Shown here piece by piece: positions 1-9,252 of a stretch of DNA of 56,809 bases. Source of the DNA: a candidate division WOR-3 bacterium. GTDB lineage: Bacteria; Hydrothermota; Tepidihabitantia; Tepidihabitantales; Tepidihabitantaceae. The stretch is from assembly GCA_965648935.1 (NCBI GenBank), contig CBFGIY010000004.1, positions 1 through 56,809 on the forward strand. The letters run 5' to 3'. A program made the translations under genes and the position numbers. Positions within the stretch are counted from its first letter, which is position 1; every line of letters starts with the position of its first letter. Under the pieces are notes generated by a model. That model was not told the origin of the DNA, did not search any database, and saw only the letters and a list, made by a program, of their open reading frames with translations.

Positions 1-1
1 G

Positions 2-1735
2 GCCCTGATGCTGGAGAAGAACCCGGGCCTGCTGCCCGAAGAGGTCGACGAGATAATGCAGAACTCGGTGCTGCCCCGCGGCAGCCAGCCGAAGAACAAC
101 ACCTACGGCACGGGCCGGATTGACGCGATGCTGTGCATCGAGAACACGCCACTGCCGGGCGCGCGCCACGACGTGGCGGTTGGGCCGGTGCTTGCGCCGG
201 CGGACAAGATTGACCCGATGACGCCGCTGGCGCCGATGGTGGTGGTGAAGAACCGGGGGACGTATCCGGAGCCTTCGGTGAGCGTGTACTGCAAGGTCGA
301 GTCGCTGGGCACGCAGATATACAGCCGGAACGTGACGGTGAGCCTGGACTCGGCCGGGACCGACACGGCGGTCTTCCCGAACTGGAACGTCGGGCCGGGC
401 AGCCAGACGTACGAGCTGACGTTCTGGCACACGCTGGCCGGCGACACCAACCGGCGCAACGATACGATAACCAAGTCGACCACGACCCGGGGCCATGACG
501 TGCGCGTCGCCGGGATGAACATCGGCGGCCGCGTGCGCGCCAACAACACGATCACCCCGCGCATCACGCTCGCGAGCACCGACTACACCGAGCGCGGTTT
601 CCGGGCCTGGTGCGTGGTTGACTCGGCCGGGACGACCGTGTACCGCGACAGCGTCGATGTCGACAGCGTGCCCGAGATGGGCTCGCGCAGTTTCCCGTTC
701 CCGTCGAGCTGGAGCGTCGGGCCGGTCGGCGCTTCATACGGCGTCGCGATGTGGCACAACTGCGGGCCGGACCAGAACCGCGCCAACGACACGCTGCGCG
801 GCACCGCGACCGCGGTCGATCAGATCCGCGTGCTGTGGATATACTCCGACTACGGCGCGCCCGAGACCACGCTGGCGGTGCGCCTGCGCGCGCTGGGCGA
901 TTCGATCGAGTTCTTCGACGGCCAGGCCGGGACGCCGACCCTGGCCCAGCTCCAGCCCTACGACGCGGTCGGGGCGCACTCGAACTACCCTTATCAGAAC
1001 GCGACCGCGCTCGGCAACGTACTTGCCGACTATGTGGACGCGGGCGGCGGCGTTGTGCTGGGCACGTTCAGCTTCTCGACCGGCTGGGCGATGGCCGGAC
1101 GGATAATGACCGGCAGCTACCAGACGATAGTGCCGGGTAACAACCCGTACAACAACGTGACGCTGGCCTGGTACCAGACCGGTCACCCGATCTTCGCCGG
1201 GGTTGACTCGGTGCGCGAGTACTACGCGGGTGACGGCCCGTTCGCGGCCGGCGCCGAGTCGGTGGCCAAGTGGTCGGACGGCCGGCGCTACGTGGCGGTG
1301 AGCGCGAACCAGAAGGTGGCCGGCGTGAACTCGTACCCGGGCATCTACAGCGCGAACCCGCCTCAGCGCGGCGGTCACTGGGCGCTGGTGTTCCACAATG
1401 CGCTAGCCTTTGTCTCCGGCAGCCAGACCGGCATCAAGGGCTTTGACCCTCTGGCGCCGGTTCTGCGCGTCGAGCTGGTCACTTCGCCCAACCCGGCCCA
1501 GGGCCTTGTCGGTATCACCTATGCCGTGCCGATGGGCGGACCGGTCGAGCTGGGCGTTTACGACCTGAGCGGACGGCTGGTGCGCACGCTGGTGCGCGGC
1601 AGTGCCCCGAGCGGGGTCAGCCGGCTGAGCTGGGACCGGACCGACGACGCGGGCCGCGTGGTCGCGGCCGGAGTGTACGTCTGCCGGCTCACCGCGGGCG
1701 AGAAGTCGGAGAGCCGCAAGCTCGTCATCCGCTAG
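2..1735 (+). CDS. secreted multidomain protein, 5'-truncated at window edge (tail of a subtilisin/S8-like peptidase domain, two CARDB-like repeats, C-terminal FlgD-Ig/T9SS-type sorting domain)
   Basis: The frame is open to the window start. The N-terminal YGTGRIDA stretch resembles the end of S8 peptidase domains. Two repeats of about 100 aa end in D.N..NDT. The C-terminus (VTSPNPAQG...LGVYDLSGRLVRTL...WDRTDDAGRVVAAGVYVCRL...RKLVIR) matches the Por_Secre_tail/FlgD-Ig pattern. Confidence 0.6.
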   Translation, partial: ALMLEKNPGLLPEEVDEIMQNSVLPRGSQPKNNTYGTGRIDAMLCIENTPLPGARHDVAVGPVLAPADKIDPMTPLAPMVVVKNRGTYPEPSVSVYCKVESLGTQIYSRNVTVSLDSAGTDTAVFPNWNVGPGSQTYELTFWHTLAGDTNRRNDTITKSTTTRGHDVRVAGMNIGGRVRANNTITPRITLASTDYTERGFRAWCVVDSAGTTVYRDSVDVDSVPEMGSRSFPFPSSWSVGPVGASYGVAMWHNCGPDQNRANDTLRGTATAVDQIRVLWIYSDYGAPETTLAVRLRALGDSIEFFDGQAGTPTLAQLQPYDAVGAHSNYPYQNATALGNVLADYVDAGGGVVLGTFSFSTGWAMAGRIMTGSYQTIVPGNNPYNNVTLAWYQTGHPIFAGVDSVREYYAGDGPFAAGAESVAKWSDGRRYVAVSANQKVAGVNSYPGIYSANPPQRGGHWALVFHNALAFVSGSQTGIKGFDPLAPVLRVELVTSPNPAQGLVGITYAVPMGGPVELGVYDLSGRLVRTLVRGSAPSGVSRLSWDRTDDAGRVVAAGVYVCRLTAGEKSESRKLVIR

Positions 1736-1753
1736 GTTCGACTGTCCGAATGT

Positions 1754-1788
1754 CACCGGGGCGGCGCTAAGCCGCCCCGGTGCTTTCG
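1754..1788 (+). terminator. intrinsic terminator-like hairpin after the S8-like gene
   Basis: A perfect 12-bp stem caccggggcggc / gccgccccggtg with loop gctaa is followed by ctttcg. Confidence 0.55.
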
Positions 1789-1802
1789 CACAGCCGGCCG
1801 GC

Positions 1803-1830
1803 TTGACTCTGTTGGTCGCCCGGCTATGAT
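1803..1830 (+). promoter_or_regulatory. sigma70-type promoter of the EF-G paralogue (leadered)
   Basis: TTGACT (1803-1808), a 16-nt spacer, then TATGAT (1825-1830). AGGAGG at 1856-1861 precedes the GTG at 1867. Confidence 0.55.
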
Positions 1831-1866
1831 ACGCGTCAGCCCGCATAGCAGTCTCAGGAGGACCCT

Positions 1867-3948
1867 GTGAAAGACTTCGGCCCGGACCGCATACGCAATC
1901 TCGGATTCTTCGGCCACGGCGGCAGCGGCAAGACCTCGATCTGCGAGGCGCTGCTCTTCGCGATGAAGCAGAATACCCGGCTCGGCTCGACCGCCGACGG
2001 GACTTCGCTGCTGGACTACGATGAGGACGAGGTGGCGCGCAAGATATCGATCAACCTTTCGCTCGGACACGGCGAGTGGCGCGACACGCTGGTCAACATC
2101 GTGGACACGCCGGGATACGCCGATTTCTTCGGCAACGTCGTGTCGGCCCTGCGCGCGGTCGATGTCGCGGTCCTGGTCGTTGATGCGTCCGCCGGCGTCG
2201 AGGTCGGCACCGAGATGGCCTGGCGCCGGGCCGACGACGCGAAGCTGCCCCGGGCGGTCGTCGTCAACAAGCTCGCGCGCGAACACACCAGCTACGCCCG
2301 CACCGCCGAGGAGGTGCGCAAGGCTTTCGGCAGCCGCGTGACGCCGCTCTACCTGCCGATCGGCGAGCAGGCCGCGTTCGCCGGTGTGGTCGACCTGCTT
2401 AATGACAAGGCCTACAGCTATTCCGGCGGCGTGCGCAAGGAAGTGCCGGTGCCGGCCGATATGGCCGGGGCGATCGCCGAGTGGAAGGAGAAGCTCGTCG
2501 AGGCCGCGGCCGAGGCTGACGAGGCGCTGATGGAGAAATTTCTCGAGGGCGGCCAGATTTCGCCCGAGGAGATGCGCAAGGCCGTGCGCCAGGGCATCAA
2601 GCAGGGCGTCGTGTTTCCGATGCTGTGTTCTGACGCGCTGAGCCAGGTCGGGGTCGATCTGCTGCTCGACCTGGCCGTGGACGTTCTGCCCAGCCCGGCC
2701 GAGATGGCCCCGCAGCCGGCCGTGGCGGTGGGTTCGGGCGCGCAGGTCGAGGTCAAGCCCGACCCGGCCGGGCCGACGGTCGCGTTCGTGTTCAAGACCG
2801 TGTCGGAGTCGCACGTCGGCGACATGATGTACGTGCGCGTGCTGCGCGGCGCGATCGAGCCGGGCAACGTGCTGGTCAACGGCACGAGCGAGCGCGAGGA
2901 GAAGATTAACCAGCTCTACATCGTCAAGGGCAAGGAGCGGGGCGAGGTGAACCGGCTGGGCACCGGGATGATCGGCGCCCTGGTCAAGCTCAAGGACACC
3001 CACACCGGCGACACGCTCGCGGACAAGCGCCAGCCGGTCAGGTTACCGGCGGTCGCCTTCCCGCGGCCGTCGATATCCGTGGCGATCGTGCCGCACAGCA
3101 AGGGCGACGAGGAACGCGTGTCCAACGGCCTGGCCCGCCTGCACGAGGAGGACCCGACCTTCTCCTACGAGTTCAATCCCGAGATTGCGCAGCAGCTCAT
3201 CAACGGGATGGGCGAGCTGCATCTGGATGTCATCATCGGGCGGCTGAAGCGCCGCTTCGACACCAGCGTCGACCTCGTCAAACCACGCATTCCCTACCGC
3301 GAGACCATAGCGAAGAAGGCCGAGGCCCAGGGCCGGCACAAGAAGCAGACCGGCGGCCGGGGCCAGTTCGGTGACTGCTGGCTGCGCGTCGAGCCGCTGC
3401 CGCGCAGCACCGGCTTCGAGTTTGTTGACGAAATCAAGGGCGGCGCGATTCCTTCAAAGTTCGTGCCCTCGGTTGAAAAGGGCGTGGTCGAGACGATGGA
3501 GAAGGGCGTGCTCGCCGGCTACAAGATGCAGGACATCCGCGTCACCGTGTTCGACGGCTCCTATCACGACGTCGACTCGTCGGACATCGCCTTCAAGCTT
3601 GCCGCGAACATCGGGTTCAAGGCCGCCTGCGAGAAGGCCGGCATCGTCCTGCTCGAGCCGATAATGAACGTCGAGGTCACGGTGCCGGACAACTACACCG
3701 GTGACGTGATGGGCGACCTGAACTCCCGCCGCGGCCGGATAATGGGAATGGAAGCGCAGGGCAACCTGCAGGTCATCAAGGCCCAGGCGCCGATGGCCGA
3801 GATGTACAAGTACTCGAACAGCCTGCGTTCGATGACCCAGGGCCGCGGCTTCTTCACGATGGAGTTTTCGCACTACGAGGAAGTGCCGCGCGACGCCGCG
3901 GCCAAGGTTGTCGAAGAGGCCAGGGCGCTGAAGGAAGAAGCGAAGTAG
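1867..3948 (+). CDS. fusA: elongation factor G paralogue (EF-G2-like translational GTPase)
   Basis: 693 aa. The P-loop is GHGGSGKTS, followed by DTPGYADF and NKLAR (NKxD-like), with full EF-G domains II-V. The N-terminus resembles the Thermus EF-G2 type (VGHxGSGKTT) rather than the canonical AHIDAGKTT. The gene is not in an rpsL-rpsG-fusA-tuf context. Confidence 0.9.
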   Translation: MKDFGPDRIRNLGFFGHGGSGKTSICEALLFAMKQNTRLGSTADGTSLLDYDEDEVARKISINLSLGHGEWRDTLVNIVDTPGYADFFGNVVSALRAVDVAVLVVDASAGVEVGTEMAWRRADDAKLPRAVVVNKLAREHTSYARTAEEVRKAFGSRVTPLYLPIGEQAAFAGVVDLLNDKAYSYSGGVRKEVPVPADMAGAIAEWKEKLVEAAAEADEALMEKFLEGGQISPEEMRKAVRQGIKQGVVFPMLCSDALSQVGVDLLLDLAVDVLPSPAEMAPQPAVAVGSGAQVEVKPDPAGPTVAFVFKTVSESHVGDMMYVRVLRGAIEPGNVLVNGTSEREEKINQLYIVKGKERGEVNRLGTGMIGALVKLKDTHTGDTLADKRQPVRLPAVAFPRPSISVAIVPHSKGDEERVSNGLARLHEEDPTFSYEFNPEIAQQLINGMGELHLDVIIGRLKRRFDTSVDLVKPRIPYRETIAKKAEAQGRHKKQTGGRGQFGDCWLRVEPLPRSTGFEFVDEIKGGAIPSKFVPSVEKGVVETMEKGVLAGYKMQDIRVTVFDGSYHDVDSSDIAFKLAANIGFKAACEKAGIVLLEPIMNVEVTVPDNYTGDVMGDLNSRRGRIMGMEAQGNLQVIKAQAPMAEMYKYSNSLRSMTQGRGFFTMEFSHYEEVPRDAAAKVVEEARALKEEAK

Positions 3949-3950
3949 TT

Positions 3951-5369
3951 TTATCCCGACCGGCGAGGCGCCCGCGGGGTTTGCGCCCGGCGGGCGCCGG
4001 CTTTTCCGCGGGCGCCGGACCCGGCCAGTCCGGCCGCGGCGAGCACGCAGAGCAGCGGCTCCACCGGCGAACGGAAGCGCGCTTCGCCGACCGGCCCGGG
4101 CAGCAGCGTGAAATAGAGCGCGGGCAGGAGCAGCCAGGCCATCGGCCTGAGGCGTCCCCGCAGCGAAGCGAGGACCACCCCGGCGAGCAGCACCAACAGA
4201 TGCAGTCCGGCCAGCGCGAGCAGCACGAGGGCCAGCGGCGGCAGTATGGCAAGGCGGCCGCGCCAGACCACCGATGCGGCCGTGCCGATGCGGCCGGCGG
4301 TAATCAGGCGCAGGGCTTCCTGCATTACGTGGGGGGGTGCTGCGGCGTACCCGGCGGCGCCGCAGTGCACGAGCAGCGGCTGGACCCCGAGGGGCAGAAG
4401 CATCGTCGCGGCGAAGCCGGTCGCCTGGACAGCGGCGGCGCGCAGGGGCCTCTGCCAGTAGACTTCGGCCGCTACCGCGGCGAGTCTGGTCCAGTAGCCG
4501 GCCTCGTCGCTGGAGTCGAGCGGGCCGAAACGCTCGCGGGCCATCGCCTGCATCGAGTCGCGGGCCTGAGCCAGTGTGATGCCCTTGTCCGACGCCAGCA
4601 CCGTGGCGGCGTTGTACAGGTAGAGGTTGTGCTCTGCCGCGGTGGATAGTCCGGGGAAGGCGGCAAGCCGCCAGTTGCGCACGGCCCAGGGCAGGATTGC
4701 CAGCGAGGCCGCGGCAAGCAGCACGACCGGGGAGAGCGGGGCGGAGCGGCGCCGGAGCGCGCGCCAGAGCAGGTGTGCCGCCATCACAACCGGAAGGTAC
4801 AGCGCGATGGGCCGGACAAGAGAGAGCAGCCCGAACCCGACGCCGGCCGCCAGCAGGTCGGTCGTGCGGCCTTGCCCGAGATAACGCGCATACAGGAGCA
4901 GGCCGATGACGAGCAGTGTCGCGAACAGCGTTTCGGTGACCAGTTTCGTCGATAGAAACGCGAGATTGACGCTAAGGGCAGTGAGCAGCGCGGCGGTGTT
5001 GGCGGGCCGCTGGTCAAGGCCCAGCGTGCGCGCCAGTGAGCGAACCAGCAGGAGCATAAGGAGTGAAAGCAGCGTCTGAACTGCCAGGCCCCACCAGAGC
5101 ACGCCGCCGGGCATCGCGACTCCCGGGGCGAGCAAGAGCGGGTACGCCGGGGTCCGGAACAGCTCGGGCCGGAACGGCGGGGCGGTATCGCGGCTGAAAA
5201 CCCGATGGGTGGCGATGTTTCCGGCGAGGGCTTCGTACTCGCGGGCGTCGCTGATGGCCTCGAGCGCCTTCACGCGAACCGGCACTTCTGCCGGCAGGGC
5301 GATGAGAGCCGCCCGAGTCAGGAGCACCGCCAGCGCGGCCGGGACAAGGACGCGGCTAGCGGATTTCAT
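3951..5369 (-). CDS. polytopic membrane glycosyltransferase, GT-C fold (GT39/ArnT-like)
   Basis: About 12 hydrophobic segments. The N-terminal loop motif DAREYEALAGNI...FRTPAYPLLLA is typical of ArnT/PMT-like enzymes. I moved the start to ATG 5369 (MKSASRV...), which leaves a 14-nt overlap with the rhomboid stop. Confidence 0.6.
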   Translation of the reverse strand: MKSASRVLVPAALAVLLTRAALIALPAEVPVRVKALEAISDAREYEALAGNIATHRVFSRDTAPPFRPELFRTPAYPLLLAPGVAMPGGVLWWGLAVQTLLSLLMLLLVRSLARTLGLDQRPANTAALLTALSVNLAFLSTKLVTETLFATLLVIGLLLYARYLGQGRTTDLLAAGVGFGLLSLVRPIALYLPVVMAAHLLWRALRRRSAPLSPVVLLAAASLAILPWAVRNWRLAAFPGLSTAAEHNLYLYNAATVLASDKGITLAQARDSMQAMARERFGPLDSSDEAGYWTRLAAVAAEVYWQRPLRAAAVQATGFAATMLLPLGVQPLLVHCGAAGYAAAPPHVMQEALRLITAGRIGTAASVVWRGRLAILPPLALVLLALAGLHLLVLLAGVVLASLRGRLRPMAWLLLPALYFTLLPGPVGEARFRSPVEPLLCVLAAAGLAGSGARGKAGARRAQTPRAPRRSG

Positions 5370-6027
5370 ACCAGGTGCGCCGAGCCTTCCTCTTGATGAG
5401 CAGGCCGAACAGCGCGCCCGCGCCGAAGCCGCCGATGTGGGCGAAGTACGCGACGCCGCCGGCATCGGGCGCCGAACTGCAACCGTGGAGCAGCTGGAAC
5501 ACGATCCAGAAGCCGAGGAGCACCGGTGCCGGCAGATAGAGAAAGCGCAGGAAGAAGAAGACGGGCACCAGCGTGAGCACGCGGGCTCGCGGGAACAGCA
5601 CGAAGTAGGCGCCCATCACTCCTGATATCGCGCCGGACGCGCCGATCGTCGGTATCGTCGAGCCGGGCGCGACCGCTATCTGCGACAAGCTGCCGAGCAG
5701 TCCGGACACCAGATAAACGCCGAGGTACCCGATCCGGCCGAACGCATCCTCGACGTTGTCGCCGAAAATCCAGAGGTAGAGCATGTTGCCGAGAAAGTGG
5801 AAGAGGCCTCCGTGCAGAAACATCGATGTCAGCAGGGTCCAGAGGCGTTGGCCGGCAACGATCTGGGCCGGCACCATCCCCCAGTTTGTGATGAACTCGG
5901 TGCCGCTCAACCGGTCCGAGGCAGCGCCGAAGAACTGCACGCCGTATACGGCGGCGCAGGCCGTCATCAGCAGGTATGTTACCCACGGCCGGCGGTCAGA
6001 CTGGATGTCGTCGCGGAGCGGTATCAC
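5356..6027 (-). CDS. rhomboid family intramembrane serine protease
   Basis: Carries the catalytic GASGAISGVMGAY (GxSG) and HIGGFGAG histidine motifs, plus a WRLLTSMFLHGG-like LWTLLTSMFLHGGLFH. GTG start with a GTGA overlap onto the ispF stop. Confidence 0.9.
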   Translation of the reverse strand: MIPLRDDIQSDRRPWVTYLLMTACAAVYGVQFFGAASDRLSGTEFITNWGMVPAQIVAGQRLWTLLTSMFLHGGLFHFLGNMLYLWIFGDNVEDAFGRIGYLGVYLVSGLLGSLSQIAVAPGSTIPTIGASGAISGVMGAYFVLFPRARVLTLVPVFFFLRFLYLPAPVLLGFWIVFQLLHGCSSAPDAGGVAYFAHIGGFGAGALFGLLIKRKARRTWYEIR

Positions 6028-6521
6028 CGGGCCTTGACCTCAAGCAGGACCGTGACGAAGGCTGCGATGCTGCCCGACTTCAGCGCGATACCTGTGCCTT
6101 CGGTCGTCTTGGCCTTGATGCCGACCGCGTCCGGTCTGATGGCCAGCAGCCGCGCGATGTTCTGCCGGATTGCGTCGTGGTGGGGGGCAAGCCTGGGCCG
6201 GTCGCAGACGAGCACGCAGTCGACATTGACCACCGCCGCGCCAAGGCTGCGAATTCGCTTCATTACCAGGGCGGTAAGTTTCGCGCTGTCAGAGTCTTTC
6301 AGCGACGGGTCGGTGTCGGGAAACAGCGAGCCGATGTCGGGCTGGGCCACGGCGCCGAGCAGTGCGTCCATCAGGGCGTGCAGCAGCACGTCGGCGTCAG
6401 AGTGACCGGCAAGACCGGTGGCTGACGGAACGGTGACGCCGCCGAGCTTCAGGGCACGTCCGGCACGAAGCGGGTGCGCGTCGAATCCGAGGCCGATGCG
6501 GTTGCTGCTTCTGGATGGCAA
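6024..6521 (-). CDS. ispF: 2-C-methyl-D-erythritol 2,4-cyclodiphosphate synthase
   Basis: RIGLGFDAHPL...GHSDADVLLHALMDALLGA is the IspF signature. TTG start at 6521. Confidence 0.93.
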   Translation of the reverse strand: MPSRSSNRIGLGFDAHPLRAGRALKLGGVTVPSATGLAGHSDADVLLHALMDALLGAVAQPDIGSLFPDTDPSLKDSDSAKLTALVMKRIRSLGAAVVNVDCVLVCDRPRLAPHHDAIRQNIARLLAIRPDAVGIKAKTTEGTGIALKSGSIAAFVTVLLEVKAR

Positions 6522-6529
6522 GGTTGTCG

Positions 6530-6557
6530 ATTCTAGCCCTCAAGCGAGCGCGGTCAA
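6530..6557 (-). promoter_or_regulatory. promoter of the ispF-rhomboid-GT operon, start codon 8 nt after the -10
   Basis: On the minus strand: TTGACC (6557-6552), N16, TAGAAT (6535-6530), 8 nt, then the TTG start at 6521. Confidence 0.55.
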
Positions 6558-6587
6558 GCCGAGTGCCGCGAGTGCAGGTCGTTGGCG

Positions 6588-6615
6588 TTGACAGTTGTCG
6601 CTTCAGAGGTATCAT
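6588..6615 (+). promoter_or_regulatory. promoter of thrS-infC-rpmI-rplT, start codon 6 nt after the -10
   Basis: TTGACA (6588-6593), N16, TATCAT (6610-6615). An in-frame GTG at 6622 gives MIKVSVNGEE, a typical ThrRS N-terminus. Confidence 0.55.
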
Positions 6616-6621
6616 TGCACC

Positions 6622-8520
6622 GTGATAAAAGTGTCGGTCAACGGCGAGGAGCGCCAGGTCGAGGCGGGCGCGCGCGTCGGCGATGTCATCAATGACGGGG
6701 CCGCCTTCGCCGCGCGAGTGGACGGCCGCCTGGTCGACCTGAACGCGACGCTGGACAGCGACGCCGTTGTCGAACCCGTGACCTTCGATTCTGAGGACGG
6801 TCGCGACATATTCCAGCATTCCGGCTCGCACCTGATGGCGCAGGCCGTCAAGCAGCTCTTTCCCGATGCCAAAGTGACCATCGGACCGGCCGTCGCGCAG
6901 GGGTTCTACTACGATTTCGACGTCGAGCGTCCGTTCACCGAGGACGACCTCGCCCGGATAGAGGAGCGAATGGCCGAGCTATCCCGGCAGCGGTTGCCGG
7001 TGGTTCACAAGATGCTGCCCCGCGACGAGGCCCTCAGGTTGTTCCGTGATCGCAACGAGCCCTACAAGGTCGAGATAATCGAGGGTCTGCCCGATGCCGA
7101 GATTTCGGTCTACGAGCAGGGTGACTTCGTCGACGTCTGCCGCGGCCCGCACGTGCCGCACACCGGCCGCATCAAGGCAGTCAAGCTGCTGTCGGTGGCC
7201 GGCGCGTACTGGCATGGCGACGAGCGCAACCGGATGCTGTCGCGCGTCTACGGCGTCGCTTTTCCCAGCCGCGACCTGCTCAAGGCTCATCTCGACAAGC
7301 TCGAGGAGGCCAGGCGCCGTGACCACCGCAAGCTCGGCCCCGCCCTTGACCTGTTCAGCTTCCACGAGGAGGCGGGCGCCGGCCTGGCGTTCTGGCATCC
7401 CAAAGGCGCGACGGTGCGCCGCATCATTCAGCAGTACTGGGAGCGAGAGCACATCGCTGCCGGGTACCAGATAGTGCTCACGCCGCACATCGCCCGCGCC
7501 GGTCTCTGGCAGACCTCGGGGCACCTCGACTACTATCTTGAGAACATGTACCTGCTCGACGTCGAGAACGAGCAGTACGTCCTCAAGCCGATGAACTGCC
7601 CGGGCCACATGCTGATCTACCGCACGAAGGTGCACTCCTATCGCGATCTGCCTCTGAGGATGGGCGAGTGGGGAACCGTCTACCGCCGCGAGCGTTCGGG
7701 CGTGCTGCACGGCATGATGCGCGTGCGCGGGTTCACTCAGGACGACGCCCACATCTTCTGCACGCCGGAGCAGGTCGAGGACGAGGTCTACGGCGTCGTC
7801 AGCCTGTCGGTGCGAATGCTGCGTGCTTTCGGTTTCGACAAGTTCCGGGTCGACCTGTCGGTGCGCGACCCGCGGCACCGCGACAAGTATCTCGGTACCG
7901 ACGAGCAGTGGCAGCTCGGCGAGCAGGCGCTCGTGCGTGCGCTTGAGCGAACCGGTCTGCCCTATCACAGGGCCGAGGGCGAGGCGGTCTTCTACGGCCC
8001 GAAGATCGACATCAAGCTGCTCGACTCGCTCGACCGCGAATGGCAGTGCCCGACCTGCCAGTTCGATTTCAACGAGGGCGAGCGCTTCAACCTGTATTTC
8101 ATGGGCCAGGACGGGCAGCATCACCCGGTCTACCTTGTTCACCGGACCGTGCTCGGCGGCATCGAACGGTTCATGGGCATCCTGGTCGAGCACTATGCCG
8201 GCGCCTTTCCGACCTGGCTCGCCCCGGTTCAGGCCAGGGTGCTGACCGTGACCGACCGGGACATCGCCTATGGCGGCGAGGTGCTGGCGCAGCTGCAGTC
8301 GGCCGGACTGCGCGTCGAGCTTGATGCCAAGGGCGACAAGATCAATTTCAAGATAGCCGAGGCCGAGCGGCAGAAGATCCCATACATGCTGGTGGTAGGT
8401 GCGCGCGAGGCGGAACAGCGCAGCGTTGCCGTGCGCAGGCACGGCAAGGGCAACGTGGGTGCCGCCCCGCTCGAGCAGGCGATCGCGCAGATCAAGGAGG
8501 ATGCCAACGTACCAGGGTAG
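6622..8520 (+). CDS. thrS: threonine--tRNA ligase
   Basis: A TGS-like N-terminus, an editing domain, class II core motifs (FRDLPLRMGEWGTVYRRE, GFTQDDAHIF) and an anticodon-binding C-terminus. The start is placed at GTG 6622, because the track's start at 6595 lies inside the promoter. The next in-frame GTG, at 6631, is also possible. Confidence 0.93.
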   Translation: MIKVSVNGEERQVEAGARVGDVINDGAAFAARVDGRLVDLNATLDSDAVVEPVTFDSEDGRDIFQHSGSHLMAQAVKQLFPDAKVTIGPAVAQGFYYDFDVERPFTEDDLARIEERMAELSRQRLPVVHKMLPRDEALRLFRDRNEPYKVEIIEGLPDAEISVYEQGDFVDVCRGPHVPHTGRIKAVKLLSVAGAYWHGDERNRMLSRVYGVAFPSRDLLKAHLDKLEEARRRDHRKLGPALDLFSFHEEAGAGLAFWHPKGATVRRIIQQYWEREHIAAGYQIVLTPHIARAGLWQTSGHLDYYLENMYLLDVENEQYVLKPMNCPGHMLIYRTKVHSYRDLPLRMGEWGTVYRRERSGVLHGMMRVRGFTQDDAHIFCTPEQVEDEVYGVVSLSVRMLRAFGFDKFRVDLSVRDPRHRDKYLGTDEQWQLGEQALVRALERTGLPYHRAEGEAVFYGPKIDIKLLDSLDREWQCPTCQFDFNEGERFNLYFMGQDGQHHPVYLVHRTVLGGIERFMGILVEHYAGAFPTWLAPVQARVLTVTDRDIAYGGEVLAQLQSAGLRVELDAKGDKINFKIAEAERQKIPYMLVVGAREAEQRSVAVRRHGKGNVGAAPLEQAIAQIKEDANVPG

Positions 8521-9052
8521 AGTTCCGAGAGACGGTTTCAAGGACAGGCCGAAGGTCAACGAGCAGATACGTGTGCCCTATGTCCGGGTGATCGGCACCG
8601 ATCGCAAACCGATCGGCATCCTGCCGACGCGTGACGCGATAAGCCTAGCCCGGCGCCAGGGCCTTGACCTGGTGGTCCTGGCCCCGAACGAGGACCCGCC
8701 GGTCTGCGGTATCGTCGACTTTGGGCGCTACCTCTACGAGCAGAAGGTCAAGCAGCGCGAATCGAAGAAGCGCCAGCACACCACCGAGGTCCGCGACATG
8801 CGGATGAAGATGAAGATTGACACGCATGATTACGAGGTCAAGATAAAGAAGATGCGCGAGTTTCTGCTTGAGAAAGATCGGATCAGGGTCACGCTGTGGC
8901 TGCGTGGACGCGAGATCGTCCACTCGGACCTCGGTCTCAAGCTGATGGAGCGCATCGGCAACGACCTCGGCGATGTCGCGCGTATTGAAGCGCCGCCGAG
9001 GATTCAGACCGAGGGTCGCAAATCGATACAGATGATGTTGGTGCCGAAATGA
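8501..9052 (+). CDS. infC: translation initiation factor IF-3
   Basis: VNEQIRVPYVRVIG...LDLVVLAPNEDPPVCGIVDFGRYLYE...IQMMLVPK. The track ORF extends upstream inside thrS. The first plausible start is ATG 8501, which directly abuts AAGGAGG (8494-8500), so the start is uncertain. Confidence 0.88.
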   Translation: MPTYQGRVPRDGFKDRPKVNEQIRVPYVRVIGTDRKPIGILPTRDAISLARRQGLDLVVLAPNEDPPVCGIVDFGRYLYEQKVKQRESKKRQHTTEVRDMRMKMKIDTHDYEVKIKKMREFLLEKDRIRVTLWLRGREIVHSDLGLKLMERIGNDLGDVARIEAPPRIQTEGRKSIQMMLVPK

Positions 9053-9243
9053 AGACAAAGTCACTGAGTTCGCTGAAGAAGAGAATCAAGAAGACCGCCG
9101 GCGGCAAGTTCGTCCATGCCCGGTGCGGCACGAGCCACAACAACGGCTCGAAGAGCAAGCGTCGCAAGCGTCAGCTGCACACGCCGGCCGTCGCCTGTGG
9201 CAAGCTCGCCCGCCGGATTCGCGAGCTCGTGCCGCACAAGTAA
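9049..9243 (+). CDS. rpmI: 50S ribosomal protein L35
   Basis: 64 aa. MKTKSLSSLKKRIKKTAGGKFVH... with an ATGA overlap onto infC. Confidence 0.93.
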   Translation: MKTKSLSSLKKRIKKTAGGKFVHARCGTSHNNGSKSKRRKRQLHTPAVACGKLARRIRELVPHK

Positions 9244-9252
9244 GGAGCAGCG

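Noticed and set aside
1753-3003. 416-aa ORF on the minus strand, antisense to the EF-G paralogue
   Set aside because: It lies wholly inside a gene with unmistakable EF-G motifs. The product is Arg/Ala/Gly/His-rich low-complexity sequence typical of high-GC shadow frames.
8399-8500. Long upstream extensions offered by the ORF track for infC (8399), folK (10410), panC (12424), the GlmU-like gene (35266), the LytR_C gene (36051), the Zn-ribbon gene (37497) and the PHP gene (43517)
   Set aside because: Each extension overlaps the 3' end of the preceding confident gene and adds non-homologous Arg/Pro/Ser-rich sequence. Internal starts reproduce the canonical N-termini.
6979-8559. 526-aa ORF antisense to thrS
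   Set aside because: It is a shadow ORF opposite a confidently identified class II aaRS. It has no motifs and a skewed composition.
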